From an uncultured delta proteobacterium (GTDB taxonomy: Bacteria > Myxococcota > Myxococcia > Myxococcales > Anaeromyxobacteraceae), in contig CAWJSR010000006.1 of assembly GCA_963845515.1 (NCBI GenBank), forward strand, positions 132,681 through 196,680: a DNA stretch of 64,000 bases, given 5' to 3'. Both the position numbers and the translations under genes were made by a program. Below the pieces are notes generated by a model that saw only the letters and a list, made by a program, of their open reading frames with translations, was not told the DNA's origin and ran no database searches. Positions 19,132-31,494 of this stretch are shown one piece after another (position 1 is the first letter of the stretch; each line of letters starts with the position of its first letter).

Positions 19132-20287
19132 CTACGCCGGCATGGCGACCGCCGCCAGGCCGACGTCCTCGCGGGCGACGCGCTGCTCGAGCTGGGCCAT
19201 GATCTCGGCGACGGTCGGGAGGCGGGTCGCGTCACGGTCGGTGAGGCCGACGAGGCTCTGGCCCGTGTAGAAGAGGCCGTTCTCGGTGTCGCCCTTGATG
19301 GCGGCGGCGAGGAGCGCGTCGGTGATGCAGAAGCTCTCCTTGTAGTTGCTGCCGCGGCAGAGGCAGGTCTCCGCCGCGAGGCACTCGACGCAGGCCTTCT
19401 TGCGGCCGTAGTACCCCTCCGGCCCGAAGAACCAGGCCTTGGAGCGGGGCGGGTGCCGCTCGCCGCGCGCGAGCGACTCGGTGAACGCGTTCCGGACCGC
19501 GCGCGCGTTCATCCCCTTCACGCAGCTCTTGATGAGCGTGACGTCCTCGGCCGTCCTGCCGAGGTGCATCTGCTTGAAGTTGGGGTGGACGTCGCCGTCG
19601 GCGGCGGCGAGGAAGCGCGTGGCGATCTGCACGCCGGCGGCGCCGCGCGCGAGGAAGCCTGCGATCTGGTCGTCGGTGACGCCGCCCGCCGCGACGCAGG
19701 GCAGCGCTCGAGGCGCCGATCACCTCGGCGAGCAGGTCGGGCAGCTCGTGGCCGATGTCGCCGATGTGGCCGCCGGCGAGCGCGCCCTCCGCGACGACCC
19801 AGTCGGCGCCCCACTTCTCGTACATCTGGGCGAGGCGGCCGGAGGAGACGATCCCGGCGAACGGGATGCCGCCGGCGCGGCACCACTTCACGATCTCGCG
19901 CGAGATGCCGGCGCCCTGGACGATGAAGGACACCTTCTCCTCGATCGCGATCCTGGCCGTGGCCTCGAAGTCGGGCTTGTTGATCGCGGCCATCAGGTTG
20001 ACGCCGACGTAGCCGCCGTTTGCGTCACGCTTGGCGCGCCGGATCTCGGAGCGGAAGTGGGCCGGGGTCTTCACGACGGCCGAGACGGTCCCGACGCCGA
20101 CGAGGCGCGGGCCGCTCCAGGACGCCACCTTGCCGGAGAGGCCGTCGGACGCGTGGATCCCCATCCCGCCCTGCACGAGGAGGCGGCGGCCGGACGCCAC
20201 GATCGACTCGATCGCGGCGCGATCGAGCGGAGGGCTGGGCATGACGGAGGTGTCGTTCTCGACGGGGAAGGCGGAGGTGGCGGACAT
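19132..20287 (-). CDS. nitronate monooxygenase/FabK-like FMN oxidoreductase (frameshift ~19,705)
   Basis: VQGGMG, VAEGALAGGH, GVQIATRF, LFYTGQS motifs spread over two frames. Confidence 0.85.
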
Positions 20288-20439
20288 TTCTTCCTTTCAG
20301 CGAGCCGCTGGAGGCTGACTCGTAGGCCCAGAACCCTACGTGCCCAACGTCATGGGACCGTCACGGCGGCCATGACTCCGCTGACGCGGTGCGGCAGCCC
20401 CTTTGGCGGCATCGCCCGCGGAGGTTAGGATGCGCCGCC

Positions 20440-21200
20440 GTGAAAATCGCCTTCTCGATCCTCTACTGGCTCTACGCAGCGATCACGATGCCGTTCTTCT
20501 ATGCGATCGCCGCGGTCATCTTCCTCGTCGCCTGGCCGTTCGACCGGCGGCGGGTGGCGGTCCACATGTTCTCCTGCGTGTGGGGCTACAGCTACGTCGC
20601 CTTCAACCCGCTCTGGCGGACGCACGTCGAGGGGCGTCGGAAGCTGCCCTGGAACGGCCCCGCGGTGATCGTCGCCAACCACCTCTCGATCCTCGACATC
20701 CTGGTGCTCTACCGGTTCTTCCGGCCGTTCAAGTGGGTCGCCAAGGGAGAGCTGTTCAGGGTGCCGTTCGTCGGCTGGAACATGGTGCTGAACGACTACG
20801 TCCGGATCTGGCGCGGCGACCGCGAGTCGGTGAGGCGGATGATGGACCACTGCCGCCGGCACCTCGCGCGCGGCACCGCCATCATCATCTTCCCGGAGGG
20901 GACGCGGTCCCGGGACGGAACGATGCTCCCTTTCAAGGACGGCGCGTTCAAGCTCGCCTCCGAGGCGGGCTGCCCCCTCATCCCGATCGCGATCCACGGC
21001 TCGCACCTGGCCCTGCCCAAGCACGGCTTCATCTTCCGGCAGCGGGCGACGATCCGCGTCCGCGTCCTCGACCCGCTCGACCCGAGGGCCTACGCGACGC
21101 CCGACGCTCTGAAGGCGGCCGCGCGCGACGCCATCGCCGCGGGCGTCGCCGAGCTCCTCGCCCGGGGAGCTCTGATCCGCCCGGGGGAGCTGAGCCCTAG
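20440..21200 (+). CDS. plsC: 1-acyl-sn-glycerol-3-phosphate acyltransferase; true stop uncertain because the frame runs into the mutase
   Basis: ANHLSILD and [11 protein letters not shown] motifs. Confidence 0.85.
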
Positions 21201-21369
21201 CCCCGGGACGGCGGTCGGCTGCCCTGGCGCCTGTCACGCCCGATTTCACCCGGTTTGGCTGGACGAATTGCCGCAGCGATCTGTATCCTGCGCCTCCTCT
21301 TCTTGGCAGCCAACGGCGCCATCAACCGGGGCGGATCCGACACGGACCGCCACCCATGCGAGGTCGGTC

Positions 21370-23526
<2,157 letters not shown>

Positions 23527-23545
23527 GCGGGCTGATCGAGCGCTC

Positions 23546-24535
23546 GTGCGATCCGATCCTCTCTCACCGGCAGACCGGGCGCTCGTCGACGGCGTGCTCG
23601 CAGGCCAGCGCCGCGCGCTGGCCAAGGCCATCACCCTGGTCGAGTCGACACGGGCCGATCACCAGCAGCGCGCGCAACATCTGTTGAACGCGCTGCTGCC
23701 GAAGACCGGCGGCGCGATCCGGCTCGGCATCTCCGGCGTCCCGGGCGCGGGCAAGTCGACCTTCATCGAGGCGCTCGGGGTCTGGCTCATCGAGCGCGGC
23801 CACCGGCTGGCCGTCCTCGCCGTCGATCCGTCGTCCACGGTGAGCGGTGGCTCCATCCTCGGCGACAAGACGCGGATGGAGCTGCTCTCGCAGCGGGAGG
23901 AGGCCTTCATCCGGCCCAGCCCGTCGGCCGGGTCGCTCGGTGGCGTCGCCGAGAAGACGCGCGAGGCGATGCTGGTCTGCGAGGCGGCGGGCCACGACGT
24001 GATCATCGTGGAGACGGTCGGCGTGGGCCAGTCTGAGACGACGGTCGCCGGCATGGTGGACATGTTCTGCCTGCTCCAGCTGCCGAACGCGGGGGACGAG
24101 CTGCAGGCGATCAAGAAGGGGATCGTGGAGATCGCCGACGTCGTCGTCATCAACAAGTCCGACATCGACCCGGCGGCGACCGAGGTCACCCGCGCCCAGT
24201 GGCGGAGCGCGCTCCACCTGCTGCGCCCGGCCTCGCCGAGCTGGTCGCCGCCCGTGATCGCGCTCTCCGCGCTGCGCAAGGAAGGGATCGCCGACTTCTG
24301 GGCGAAGGTGGAGGGCTTCCGGGCGGCGCTCGAGCCGGCCGGCGAGCTCGCCGCGAAGCGCAGGCAGCAGTCCCTGAGCTGGATGTGGCAGCTGATCGAC
24401 ACGGAGCTGCGCCTCCGCTTCCGCCGCCACCGCGGGGTCCAGCAGGAGCTGGCCGCGCTCACCGGGGCGGTGGAGCGCGGAGAGGTGACGGCGTTCGCCG
24501 CCGCGCACGCGCTGCTCGAGCGCCTGAAGCCCTGA
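23546..24535 (+). CDS. meaB: methylmalonyl-CoA mutase-associated GTPase
   Basis: GVPGAGKST, GGSILGDKTRM, ETVGVGQSE, INKSD; adjacent to the mutase. Confidence 0.95.
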   Translation: MRSDPLSPADRALVDGVLAGQRRALAKAITLVESTRADHQQRAQHLLNALLPKTGGAIRLGISGVPGAGKSTFIEALGVWLIERGHRLAVLAVDPSSTVSGGSILGDKTRMELLSQREEAFIRPSPSAGSLGGVAEKTREAMLVCEAAGHDVIIVETVGVGQSETTVAGMVDMFCLLQLPNAGDELQAIKKGIVEIADVVVINKSDIDPAATEVTRAQWRSALHLLRPASPSWSPPVIALSALRKEGIADFWAKVEGFRAALEPAGELAAKRRQQSLSWMWQLIDTELRLRFRRHRGVQQELAALTGAVERGEVTAFAAAHALLERLKP

Positions 24536-24600
24536 TCCGGCCGCGGGGCCGCCACGAGGCGTTCGGCGGCAGCCCAGGACGGTGGTACTCTGTCAGCCCC

Positions 24601-26415
24601 TTGGCGGACGCACCGAAGCCCCTCTCGCCGCAACCTGCCGGCGGTCCCCCACGCCTCGAGCGGGTCGGCCCGTGGCGGGGTCCGCCCCGAAGGTCGACCT
24701 ACGGCCTCGCCGAGCGCCGCGTGACCGCGGACGCGGCGATGGCCGCCGGGCTGACCGCCGACGGCGACCTCGCCATCGAGGGCCCCTTCAGGCTCCTCTA
24801 CCTGGCGGCCGCGACGCAGGCGAACGGCCGGCTCGTGCTTGGCTCGCAAGGTAAGCAGTTCGCCCTCACCCTGAAGAAGGGTGGGGTCGAGCACGTCCTC
24901 CCGGAGGCCACCGAGCACGCCTTCGGCCAGTTCCTCGTTCGAAAGGGGAAGCTGAACGCAGGCGACCTCGCCAGGGCCGAGGCCGCGAGGCCGAAGTCCG
25001 GGGGCGACCTCGTGGGGGCGCTCATCGCGCTGCAGCTCGTGAGCCCCGCGGAGGTCGCGGCCCTGCTGCAGGAGCACGGCGCGGGGCTCGTGTCGCTCGC
25101 GCTCCTCACCGAGCAGGGCAGGTACCGATGGGATCCCGGCGTCGCGCCGCCCGCGTCCGCCTTCCCGCTCGGAAGCTCGTGGAGCTTCCTCAGCGCCGCG
25201 GTCCGGAGCCTGGATGCGGCGGCGGCGGCGAAGCGGCTCGGACCCCGCTTCGAGCTGCCGGCGGCACGCGTCGGCGGCAGGGTCAGGATCGAGGACCTGC
25301 GGCTCACGCCGCAGGAAGCCCGCGCCGCGCAGCTCTTCGACGGCGTGCGGTCGCCGAGGGAGCTGGCTGCCGCCAACGCGCCCGACGCCGCGACGATCCT
25401 GCGCCTCGCGCTCCTGCTCGGCGAGACGGAGCTCCTCGCCTTCGCCCCGGCGCGCTCGGCTGCGCCACGGGAGGCTGCGGCCTCCTCGCCGCCCCCGCCG
25501 TCCGCCAGCCCGTCGGCGGCGCGCCCTGCCTCGACGCCGGTGGCGTCCCCGAGGCCAGCACCCGTGCCGTCCCAGAACAACCCCGTGACCGTGCCGTCCC
25601 AGCCAGCCGCCGCGCCCCCTGCGCCGGCGCCCGCCCCTCCGGCTGCGAAGCCTGTCGTGGCCCCCACCAGGCCCGCGGTCGCCGCGGCGAAGCCGCCGCC
25701 GGCCGCGACGCCCGCACCCGCTCCGGCCCCGGCCCCGGCCCCGGCGCTCGACGTGCAGGGGCTGAAGGCGCTCGTCGAGCGGTTCGCAAAGGCCGATCAC
25801 TTCGAGGTGCTGGGCGTGAAGCGGGACGCCGTCGGGGGGCAGATCAAGCTCGCCTACTTCCAGCTCGCGAAGGTCTACCACCCGGACGCAGTCCCGGCCG
25901 ACGCTCCCCCGGAGGTGAGGAAGGTCGCCGCCGACGTCTTCGCGAAGGTGAGCGAGGCGTGGAGCGTGCTGGGCGAGGACGCGAAGCGGGCGGAGTACCT
26001 CAAGGGGCTCGAGACCGGCTCGGGCACCGAGGTCGACGTGATGCACATCTTCAAGGCGGAGGAGGCCTTCAACGCCGGCACGCTCCTCATCAAGGCGCGC
26101 CGCTACCAGGAGGCGCTCCCGAAGCTCGAGGAGGCGATCAAGCTCAACGCCGACGAGGCCGAGTTCCGGATGTGGAAGTCCTGGTGCGAGTTCCTCCTCT
26201 CCCCCGAGAAGAAGAAGGTGCACGCTGGCATCGCCAACGCAGTCGAGGCGGCGCTCAAGCAGAACCCGCACTGCATCTCGGGGTATCTCTTCCTCGGGCA
26301 GATGGCGAAGATCGCGGGGAACCTCGACCTCGCCGAGAAGAACCTGAAGCGCGGGCTCAAGGAAGCGCCCGGCAACGCCGATCTGGAGCGCGAGCTGAAG
26401 TACCTCAGGAAGTGA
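24601..26415 (+). CDS. DUF4388-like, Pro-rich linker, DnaJ J-domain and TPR protein
   Basis: HFEVLGV...LAKVYHPD J-domain; C-terminal TPR helices; start codon uncertain (24601, 24721 or 24739). Confidence 0.8.
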   Translation: MADAPKPLSPQPAGGPPRLERVGPWRGPPRRSTYGLAERRVTADAAMAAGLTADGDLAIEGPFRLLYLAAATQANGRLVLGSQGKQFALTLKKGGVEHVLPEATEHAFGQFLVRKGKLNAGDLARAEAARPKSGGDLVGALIALQLVSPAEVAALLQEHGAGLVSLALLTEQGRYRWDPGVAPPASAFPLGSSWSFLSAAVRSLDAAAAAKRLGPRFELPAARVGGRVRIEDLRLTPQEARAAQLFDGVRSPRELAAANAPDAATILRLALLLGETELLAFAPARSAAPREAAASSPPPPSASPSAARPASTPVASPRPAPVPSQNNPVTVPSQPAAAPPAPAPAPPAAKPVVAPTRPAVAAAKPPPAATPAPAPAPAPAPALDVQGLKALVERFAKADHFEVLGVKRDAVGGQIKLAYFQLAKVYHPDAVPADAPPEVRKVAADVFAKVSEAWSVLGEDAKRAEYLKGLETGSGTEVDVMHIFKAEEAFNAGTLLIKARRYQEALPKLEEAIKLNADEAEFRMWKSWCEFLLSPEKKKVHAGIANAVEAALKQNPHCISGYLFLGQMAKIAGNLDLAEKNLKRGLKEAPGNADLERELKYLRK

Positions 26416-26449
26416 TCACCGCCGCCGCGTGCGGCCGGGACTGAACCCA

Positions 26450-26953
26450 ATGCCACCCACCAATCCTAAGAAGCGCTCGCTCATGGAAGCCGGCAAGCTC
26501 CGCAAGGCCCTGCGCGCCGCCGGCCACCACCTCCAGCCGATCGTCCAGGTCGGCAAGGAGGGGGTCACTGACAGCGTGCTCGCGCAGCTCTCGGAGGCGC
26601 TCGACCACCACGAGCTCGTGAAGATCAAGGTGGGGACGGAGAGCCCGGAGGACCGCTTCGAGGCCACCGATCGAGTCGCCGGGGCCGACGGCGTCCAGGT
26701 GGCCCAGGTCATCGGCAGGACCATCCTGGCGTACCGGAGGCACGCGAGGACGCCGCGGTTCGAGCCGCTCACCGCGCCGGAGCTCAGGCGCCTCGCCGAG
26801 GAGGACGAGGAGAAGGCCGCGAGGGCCGCGAACGTGAAGCCGGCGCGCCGGCGCCGGAACACCGGGAAGCGGCCCGCGTCGAAGAAGCCCGACTCGAAGC
26901 GCCCGCCGCCGAAGCGCTACACGCCCGGGCGCCCTCCCAACAAGCGCAAGTAG
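26450..26953 (+). CDS. yhbY: YhbY/CRM RNA-binding protein with basic tail
   Basis: LRAAGHHLQPIVQVGKEG, HELVKIKV, QVIGRTILAYR. Confidence 0.9.
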   Translation: MPPTNPKKRSLMEAGKLRKALRAAGHHLQPIVQVGKEGVTDSVLAQLSEALDHHELVKIKVGTESPEDRFEATDRVAGADGVQVAQVIGRTILAYRRHARTPRFEPLTAPELRRLAEEDEEKAARAANVKPARRRRNTGKRPASKKPDSKRPPPKRYTPGRPPNKRK

Positions 26954-26983
26954 CGCCTGAGGGTTTGGCGTCCGCGCCCTTCC

Positions 26984-27289
26984 CTAATGCAGGTCGTCTC
27001 CGCGGCCGCGAGCCGCTCCGCCCGAGCCTTCGCCCTCGAGGCGGAGCCGGGCCGCCTCGAGATCGTCGGCGTCCGCGTACCCCTTCTCGAGCAGCACGCT
27101 CTCGGCCACCTCGGCCTGGGCGCTGGCTGCGACCGCGTCGTGCTCCGCGACGTCGAGGCGCATCGTGAGCTGGCGGAGCCGCTCCTCGAGCGACGCGATC
27201 GTCGCCAGCGAGCGCTCGCGCTCGCGCTCGTACCGGACCCAGAAGGCGACGATGGCGGCCACGGAGGCGAGCGAGACGAGGAGGCTCAT
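26984..27289 (-). CDS. small membrane-anchored coiled-coil protein
   Basis: N-terminal hydrophobic helix then heptad-like helix; codon use fits the host. Confidence 0.6.
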   Translation of the reverse strand: MSLLVSLASVAAIVAFWVRYERERERSLATIASLEERLRQLTMRLDVAEHDAVAASAQAEVAESVLLEKGYADADDLEAARLRLEGEGSGGAARGRGDDLH

Positions 27290-27404
27290 TGGTGGCGCAT
27301 CGTAGCGGCGTCGCTCACGGAGCGGCAAGCGCCCGTAGGAGGGAAACGAGCGCTCCAGACTCGCCTCTTGTGATGGGGGCGCGTGTCGTACATCCTTCCG
27401 GGCG

Positions 27405-28013
27405 ATGGCACGGCGTCTCAACATGACACTGGCGGTGAAGAGGCTCATCCGCGACGCCGCGGCCAGCCTGCCGGAGCTCGCGCACGTGCGCCCCTCCCGC
27501 GTCCTGGTTGTCGCAGGCGAGGCTCGCCGGAGCTCCCGCGCCACGATCTGGCCGGCGTACGGGGCGAGCCGGAAGAGGCGCAGCGCGGCGCGCCCAGCCA
27601 TAAGGGTGAAGGGTCGGAAGATCCTCTACGTCATCACGCTGCGTCCGCTCTGGTTCCGCGAGTCGTCCCCGGCCGAGCGCGTCCGGACCGTCCTCCACGA
27701 GCTCTACCATGCGTCGACGCTCTTCGACGGCACGCTCCACCGCGGCCGCCGGCACGAGCGGCTGCCCCAGTCGGCCTACGCCCGCCGGATGGACGAGCTG
27801 GCGGGACGGTACCTCGCCGACGCGCCCGAGGAGATCCTCGCCCCGTTCGCCTTCCGCGGGCTCGTCCGCGCCCGCATGTGGCTCGAGCGTCCATCGTCGT
27901 ACCGGGGCGTCGTCCCGGCCAATCGCCGCACCTACACCGAGCGACAGCTCTACTACGGCATCGTGAGGATGCTCGGGCGCGGGCCGGCCCGTCGAGAGGA
28001 ACCAGGAAGATGA
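27405..28013 (+). CDS. putative zincin metallopeptidase
   Basis: TVLHELYH HEXXH motif followed by FDGTLH; ATGA overlap with next gene. Confidence 0.65.
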   Translation: MARRLNMTLAVKRLIRDAAASLPELAHVRPSRVLVVAGEARRSSRATIWPAYGASRKRRSAARPAIRVKGRKILYVITLRPLWFRESSPAERVRTVLHELYHASTLFDGTLHRGRRHERLPQSAYARRMDELAGRYLADAPEEILAPFAFRGLVRARMWLERPSSYRGVVPANRRTYTERQLYYGIVRMLGRGPARREEPGR

Positions 28014-28951
28014 CTCGAGAGGTCCGCCTCCCCCTGACCGCCACCGGCCGGCTCGACCGCGCCCTCGCCGATGCCCTCGGCATGGGGCGCGCACTGGTGA
28101 AGCGCGCCTTCCAGCTGGGCGAGGTCCGCATCGGCGGGCGCCGCGTCCGGGCCAGCGATCCGGTGCGTCCGGGGGCCCTGGTCGAGATCGGCGTCGACGC
28201 TCCTGCCGGTCCGCCGCTGCCGGAGCCGGAGATGCCGCTGACTGTCCTCTGGGAGGGCGAGCGCTGCCTCGTCGTGGACAAGCCGGCGGGGATCGCGGTC
28301 CATGCGCTCCTGCCCGGGGAATCCGGCACGCTCGCCAACGCGGTCGCGGGCCGCTTCCCGGAGTGCGCCGAGGCGGCGCCGGAGCCGCGCGAAGGGGGGG
28401 CAGTGCACCGCCTCGACGTGGAGACGAGCGGCTGCGTCCTGTTCGCCCGCGATCAGGAGGCCTGGGACGAGCTCCGCGCGCAGTTCCGCGATCAGGTCGT
28501 GGAGAAGGTGTACCTGGCCCTGGTCGCGGGGAGGGTCAGCGCCAGCGGCGTCACCACCATGCCGCTCGCGCAGCGCGGAGGCCGGGTCGTGGCCGTGCCG
28601 GACGCGGTGGCCGAGGAGCGGCTGCGGGCGAAGGGGACCTCGAGGGCCCGCGCAGCCGAGACCCACTGGGAGGTGGAGCGCGCCTTCGAGCGCCACACGC
28701 TCCTGCGCGTGCGGATCGTCACCGGCGTGATGCACCAGATCCGCGCCCACCTGGCCCACCTCGGCCACCCGGTCGCGGGCGACCTGCTCTATGGAGGGGA
28801 CGCCGCCGCGCTGGCCGGGCTCGACCGCCACTTCCTGCACGCCTGGCGCCTCTCCTTCGCCCCGCCCGGTGGGGCGGCGCGCGTCGAGGTGGTGAGCCCG
28901 CTGCCGCGCCACCTCGCCACCGTCCTCGCCGGGCTGCCGGCGAGCGGGTGA
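28010..28951 (+). CDS. RluA/RluD-family pseudouridine synthase
   Basis: S4-like RLDRAL; VDKPAG, VHRLDVETSG, TGVMHQIRAHL, FLHAWRL. Confidence 0.93.
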   Translation: MTREVRLPLTATGRLDRALADALGMGRALVKRAFQLGEVRIGGRRVRASDPVRPGALVEIGVDAPAGPPLPEPEMPLTVLWEGERCLVVDKPAGIAVHALLPGESGTLANAVAGRFPECAEAAPEPREGGAVHRLDVETSGCVLFARDQEAWDELRAQFRDQVVEKVYLALVAGRVSASGVTTMPLAQRGGRVVAVPDAVAEERLRAKGTSRARAAETHWEVERAFERHTLLRVRIVTGVMHQIRAHLAHLGHPVAGDLLYGGDAAALAGLDRHFLHAWRLSFAPPGGAARVEVVSPLPRHLATVLAGLPASG

Positions 28952-28954
28952 CGC

Positions 28955-29521
28955 TCACCTCGCCGGCGGCTTGACGGCGGTCGTGATCTTGAGCCGGACC
29001 GACGGGCTCCCGTCGACCGCCGCGGGTGGCTTCGTGACCTCGAAGGACTCGAGGCTGAACACGCCGCCCCTGCACACGGCGCACTGGGCCTCCGCAGTCG
29101 TCCGCGCCGCACGGTCCGCCACCTCGGCCGGGATCGTCACCGGCGCCGGTGGCAGGAGCGATCCGTCGGCGGGGGCGGTGAAGTCTTCGGGCCGGCGCTG
29201 GCGCGTCAGCGGGAGCTCGACCCTGCTCTCACGCCCGCCCGCCGCCGCGCGGAAGACGTAGACCATCCTGGAGCCGCCCGACGGCACCTCGAACTTGAAG
29301 GTGCGCTCGCAGACGGCCTCCTCGGGGCCGGTGGCCATGATGACCGTCCCCTTGCAGGCGACCTTGCCCTCACCCTCGTAACGGCTCGGGAGCGCGGTCA
29401 GGTCGAACTGGACGGTGTCCCTGGCGCGCAGGGCGATGCCCTCCCCCGGCGCCTGCGCGCTCGCAGGTCCGGCGGTCGCGGCCACGGCCAGGGTCAGGAC
29501 GAAGAAGCTCGAAGGGGTCAC
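28955..29521 (-). CDS. hypothetical secreted protein
   Basis: signal peptide ending ASA-Q; four Cys. Confidence 0.55.
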   Translation of the reverse strand: MTPSSFFVLTLAVAATAGPASAQAPGEGIALRARDTVQFDLTALPSRYEGEGKVACKGTVIMATGPEEAVCERTFKFEVPSGGSRMVYVFRAAAGGRESRVELPLTRQRRPEDFTAPADGSLLPPAPVTIPAEVADRAARTTAEAQCAVCRGGVFSLESFEVTKPPAAVDGSPSVRLKITTAVKPPAR

Positions 29522-29528
29522 GTGTCGC

Positions 29529-29771
29529 CTAACGGCCAGCCCTGAGCGGTGGCTCTGCAAGCCAGTCCACCGGCACCTCGACCTCGAAGTGTTCGGTCGG
29601 GATCATCGGGTCCTCGACCGACAGCCGGACCACCTGCTGGCCGTGCGCCCCCAGGTCGCCACGATCCTCGATGACCTCCGCAGTGAGCAAGCGACCGCTG
29701 ACGGAGAAGCCGACGCGCTGGCCGACCTTGACCCGGGCGGGGCGGGCGACCTTGTGTGCGGCGCGTGTCAT
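29529..29771 (-). CDS. 80-aa hypothetical protein (SH3/KOW-like beta pattern)
   Basis: VKVGQRV...AEVIEDRG; starts 10 bp after the HEPN gene stop. Confidence 0.6.
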   Translation of the reverse strand: MTRAAHKVARPARVKVGQRVGFSVSGRLLTAEVIEDRGDLGAHGQQVVRLSVEDPMIPTEHFEVEVPVDWLAEPPLRAGR

Positions 29772-29781
29772 CGTCACAAAT

Positions 29782-30378
29782 CTACCCCCACGGTGGGCCC
29801 GCAACAACCCGAGTCACGTGTGCTCGAACGACCCAGTCGAACTGGTCGGCGAGCTCGTCGCAGCTCTTCCGCCACCGGCGCACCTGATTAACGTGGTCGG
29901 GGTTCGTCCCCTTCACGATGGCCTGGTGGTGCGGCTTCAGCACGAAGTTCTGGTGAACGATGGCGTTGCGCCAGACGTTGAGCTGCTCCAGCTTCTGTCG
30001 CCGTCCAGCGTTGGCGGCGTCCATCGCGTTCACCTCGGCCAGGAAGCTGAGGCCGAGCCTGTCGAAGTCCGGACCGAGCGAGCCGTCGTGCGCGTTGCCG
30101 GAGTCGAGCTTCCTGTTCTCGATCAGGAGGCGCGCCAGGGTCCGGCTGATGTCGGCCTGCGCCACCGCACCGGCGACGCGCATCGCGGCCTCGGTGTGGA
30201 GGTCGCGGCAGAACCTCTGGAACTGGGCGGCGACGGCCACGAGGTAGGCGTGGTTGAGCTGTCGCGTGAAGTACCGCCGGCCGCGCCCCTCCCCTCCCAA
30301 GGCGGTGTGCGCCCTCACGAACTCGTCCAACTCCGCCTGGGACTGGGACTTCCAGTGCTGAAGCGCCTTCGAGGGCAT
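29782..30378 (-). CDS. HEPN-superfamily protein
   Basis: all-helical; R-x4-H motif (RNAIVH); AAQFQRFCRDL helix typical of RiboL-PSP/MAE_28990-like HEPNs. Confidence 0.7.
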   Translation of the reverse strand: MPSKALQHWKSQSQAELDEFVRAHTALGGEGRGRRYFTRQLNHAYLVAVAAQFQRFCRDLHTEAAMRVAGAVAQADISRTLARLLIENRKLDSGNAHDGSLGPDFDRLGLSFLAEVNAMDAANAGRRQKLEQLNVWRNAIVHQNFVLKPHHQAIVKGTNPDHVNQVRRWRKSCDELADQFDWVVRAHVTRVVAGPPWG

Positions 30379-30438
30379 GGCCGGAGCGAAACGTAACACG
30401 CCGCACCCACAGCAAACCGGGGTCAGGCGAGGAGCGCG

Positions 30439-30648
30439 CTACGCCTCGCTCTTCAGCCCAAGCTTGCGCAGCACGATCGCCGTCGGGCAGAAGCCGGTGA
30501 AGGCGCTCTGCACGAGCATGAAGCCCACGAAGCCCGTGACGAAGAGCAGGTTGTGGGAGACGAAGAGGGGGCACCGCGGGTCCGCCATCGCCGCGGAGAG
30601 GATCACGAAGCTGCCCGCCACCACACGCACGCCGTTCTCGACCGTCAC
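30439..30648 (-). CDS. DUF2892 (YgaP-like) membrane protein
   Basis: ENGVRVVAG...QSAFTGFCP...LRKLG; GGAGG RBS. Confidence 0.88.
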   Translation of the reverse strand: MTVENGVRVVAGSFVILSAAMADPRCPLFVSHNLLFVTGFVGFMLVQSAFTGFCPTAIVLRKLGLKSEA

Positions 30649-30889
30649 CACGACCTCCGGTGGGGAAGCGTCGCACGCGGCGTGCGGGCGCGGCAAGGCC
30701 GCGCGTCATCACGGCGCTGACCGCTGGACGAAGGGGCGACGTCGTCCGCGCGCCTCAGGCGGCCGCACGTTGAGCTCTCGTCCCACTGATTGGCCGGCCT
30801 GCCAGGAGGCGATGGGAGGCGATACGCGCTGCCGGTGCCGACCGCGCGGGCCTGCGGTATCCTCCGTCCCCGTAGAGGCTTGAGCGGGG

Positions 30890-31435
30890 GTGGGCGTGCG
30901 CTCTGCGGTGGCGGTCTCGTCGCTTCTCCTGGCGGTTGTGCTGCCCGGCGCGCTCGGCTCCGCGAGCGCGGTCCCGGACGGGGCGATCACGGCCAGAAAC
31001 TGGCGCACGCACCCGGCGATCGAGGCCGTCCGCGCCGTCGTCGAGGCGAACGAGGCCGCCATCGCCTCGGCCGGTTGGACGCGGGAGGAGAAGGCGACGT
31101 GCGAGCCTCCCGCCTTGGAGATCCGGCGCACGGTGTTCCGCGACCCGCGAGGCAGGATCCGCAAGCTCGTCACCGAGGGCGGGTCGGACGACTCCGCCTA
31201 TCGCCTCGAGCACCACTACGACGATGACGGGACGCTCCGCTTCGCGTTCGGGCGCTCCGGGGCGATCAACCATTCCATCGTCGAGCATCGGCTCTACTTC
31301 CGCGAAGGCGGCCGGTTGACCTGGCGGGACGTCCGGCGGGAGGGGCCGGTCTACACGTTCCCCGAGGAGTGGCCCGACGCCTTCGTGGTGAGGGAGCCGG
31401 AACAGGCCTGGGCGGCTCCGAAGCGTTGCCGTTGA
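30890..31435 (+). CDS. hypothetical secreted protein
   Basis: signal peptide; beta-rich GRIRKL...HYDDDGTLRF pattern. Confidence 0.6.
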   Translation: MGVRSAVAVSSLLLAVVLPGALGSASAVPDGAITARNWRTHPAIEAVRAVVEANEAAIASAGWTREEKATCEPPALEIRRTVFRDPRGRIRKLVTEGGSDDSAYRLEHHYDDDGTLRFAFGRSGAINHSIVEHRLYFREGGRLTWRDVRREGPVYTFPEEWPDAFVVREPEQAWAAPKRCR

Positions 31436-31494
31436 GGGCTCGGAGCGACGACGGACCGTTCGTTCTCCCCGCGCTCCTTCCAGAGGACTTCGCC

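Noticed and set aside
21200..21369. Cobalamin riboswitch upstream of the mutase
   Set aside because: No B12-box or GGGAA core motifs visible.
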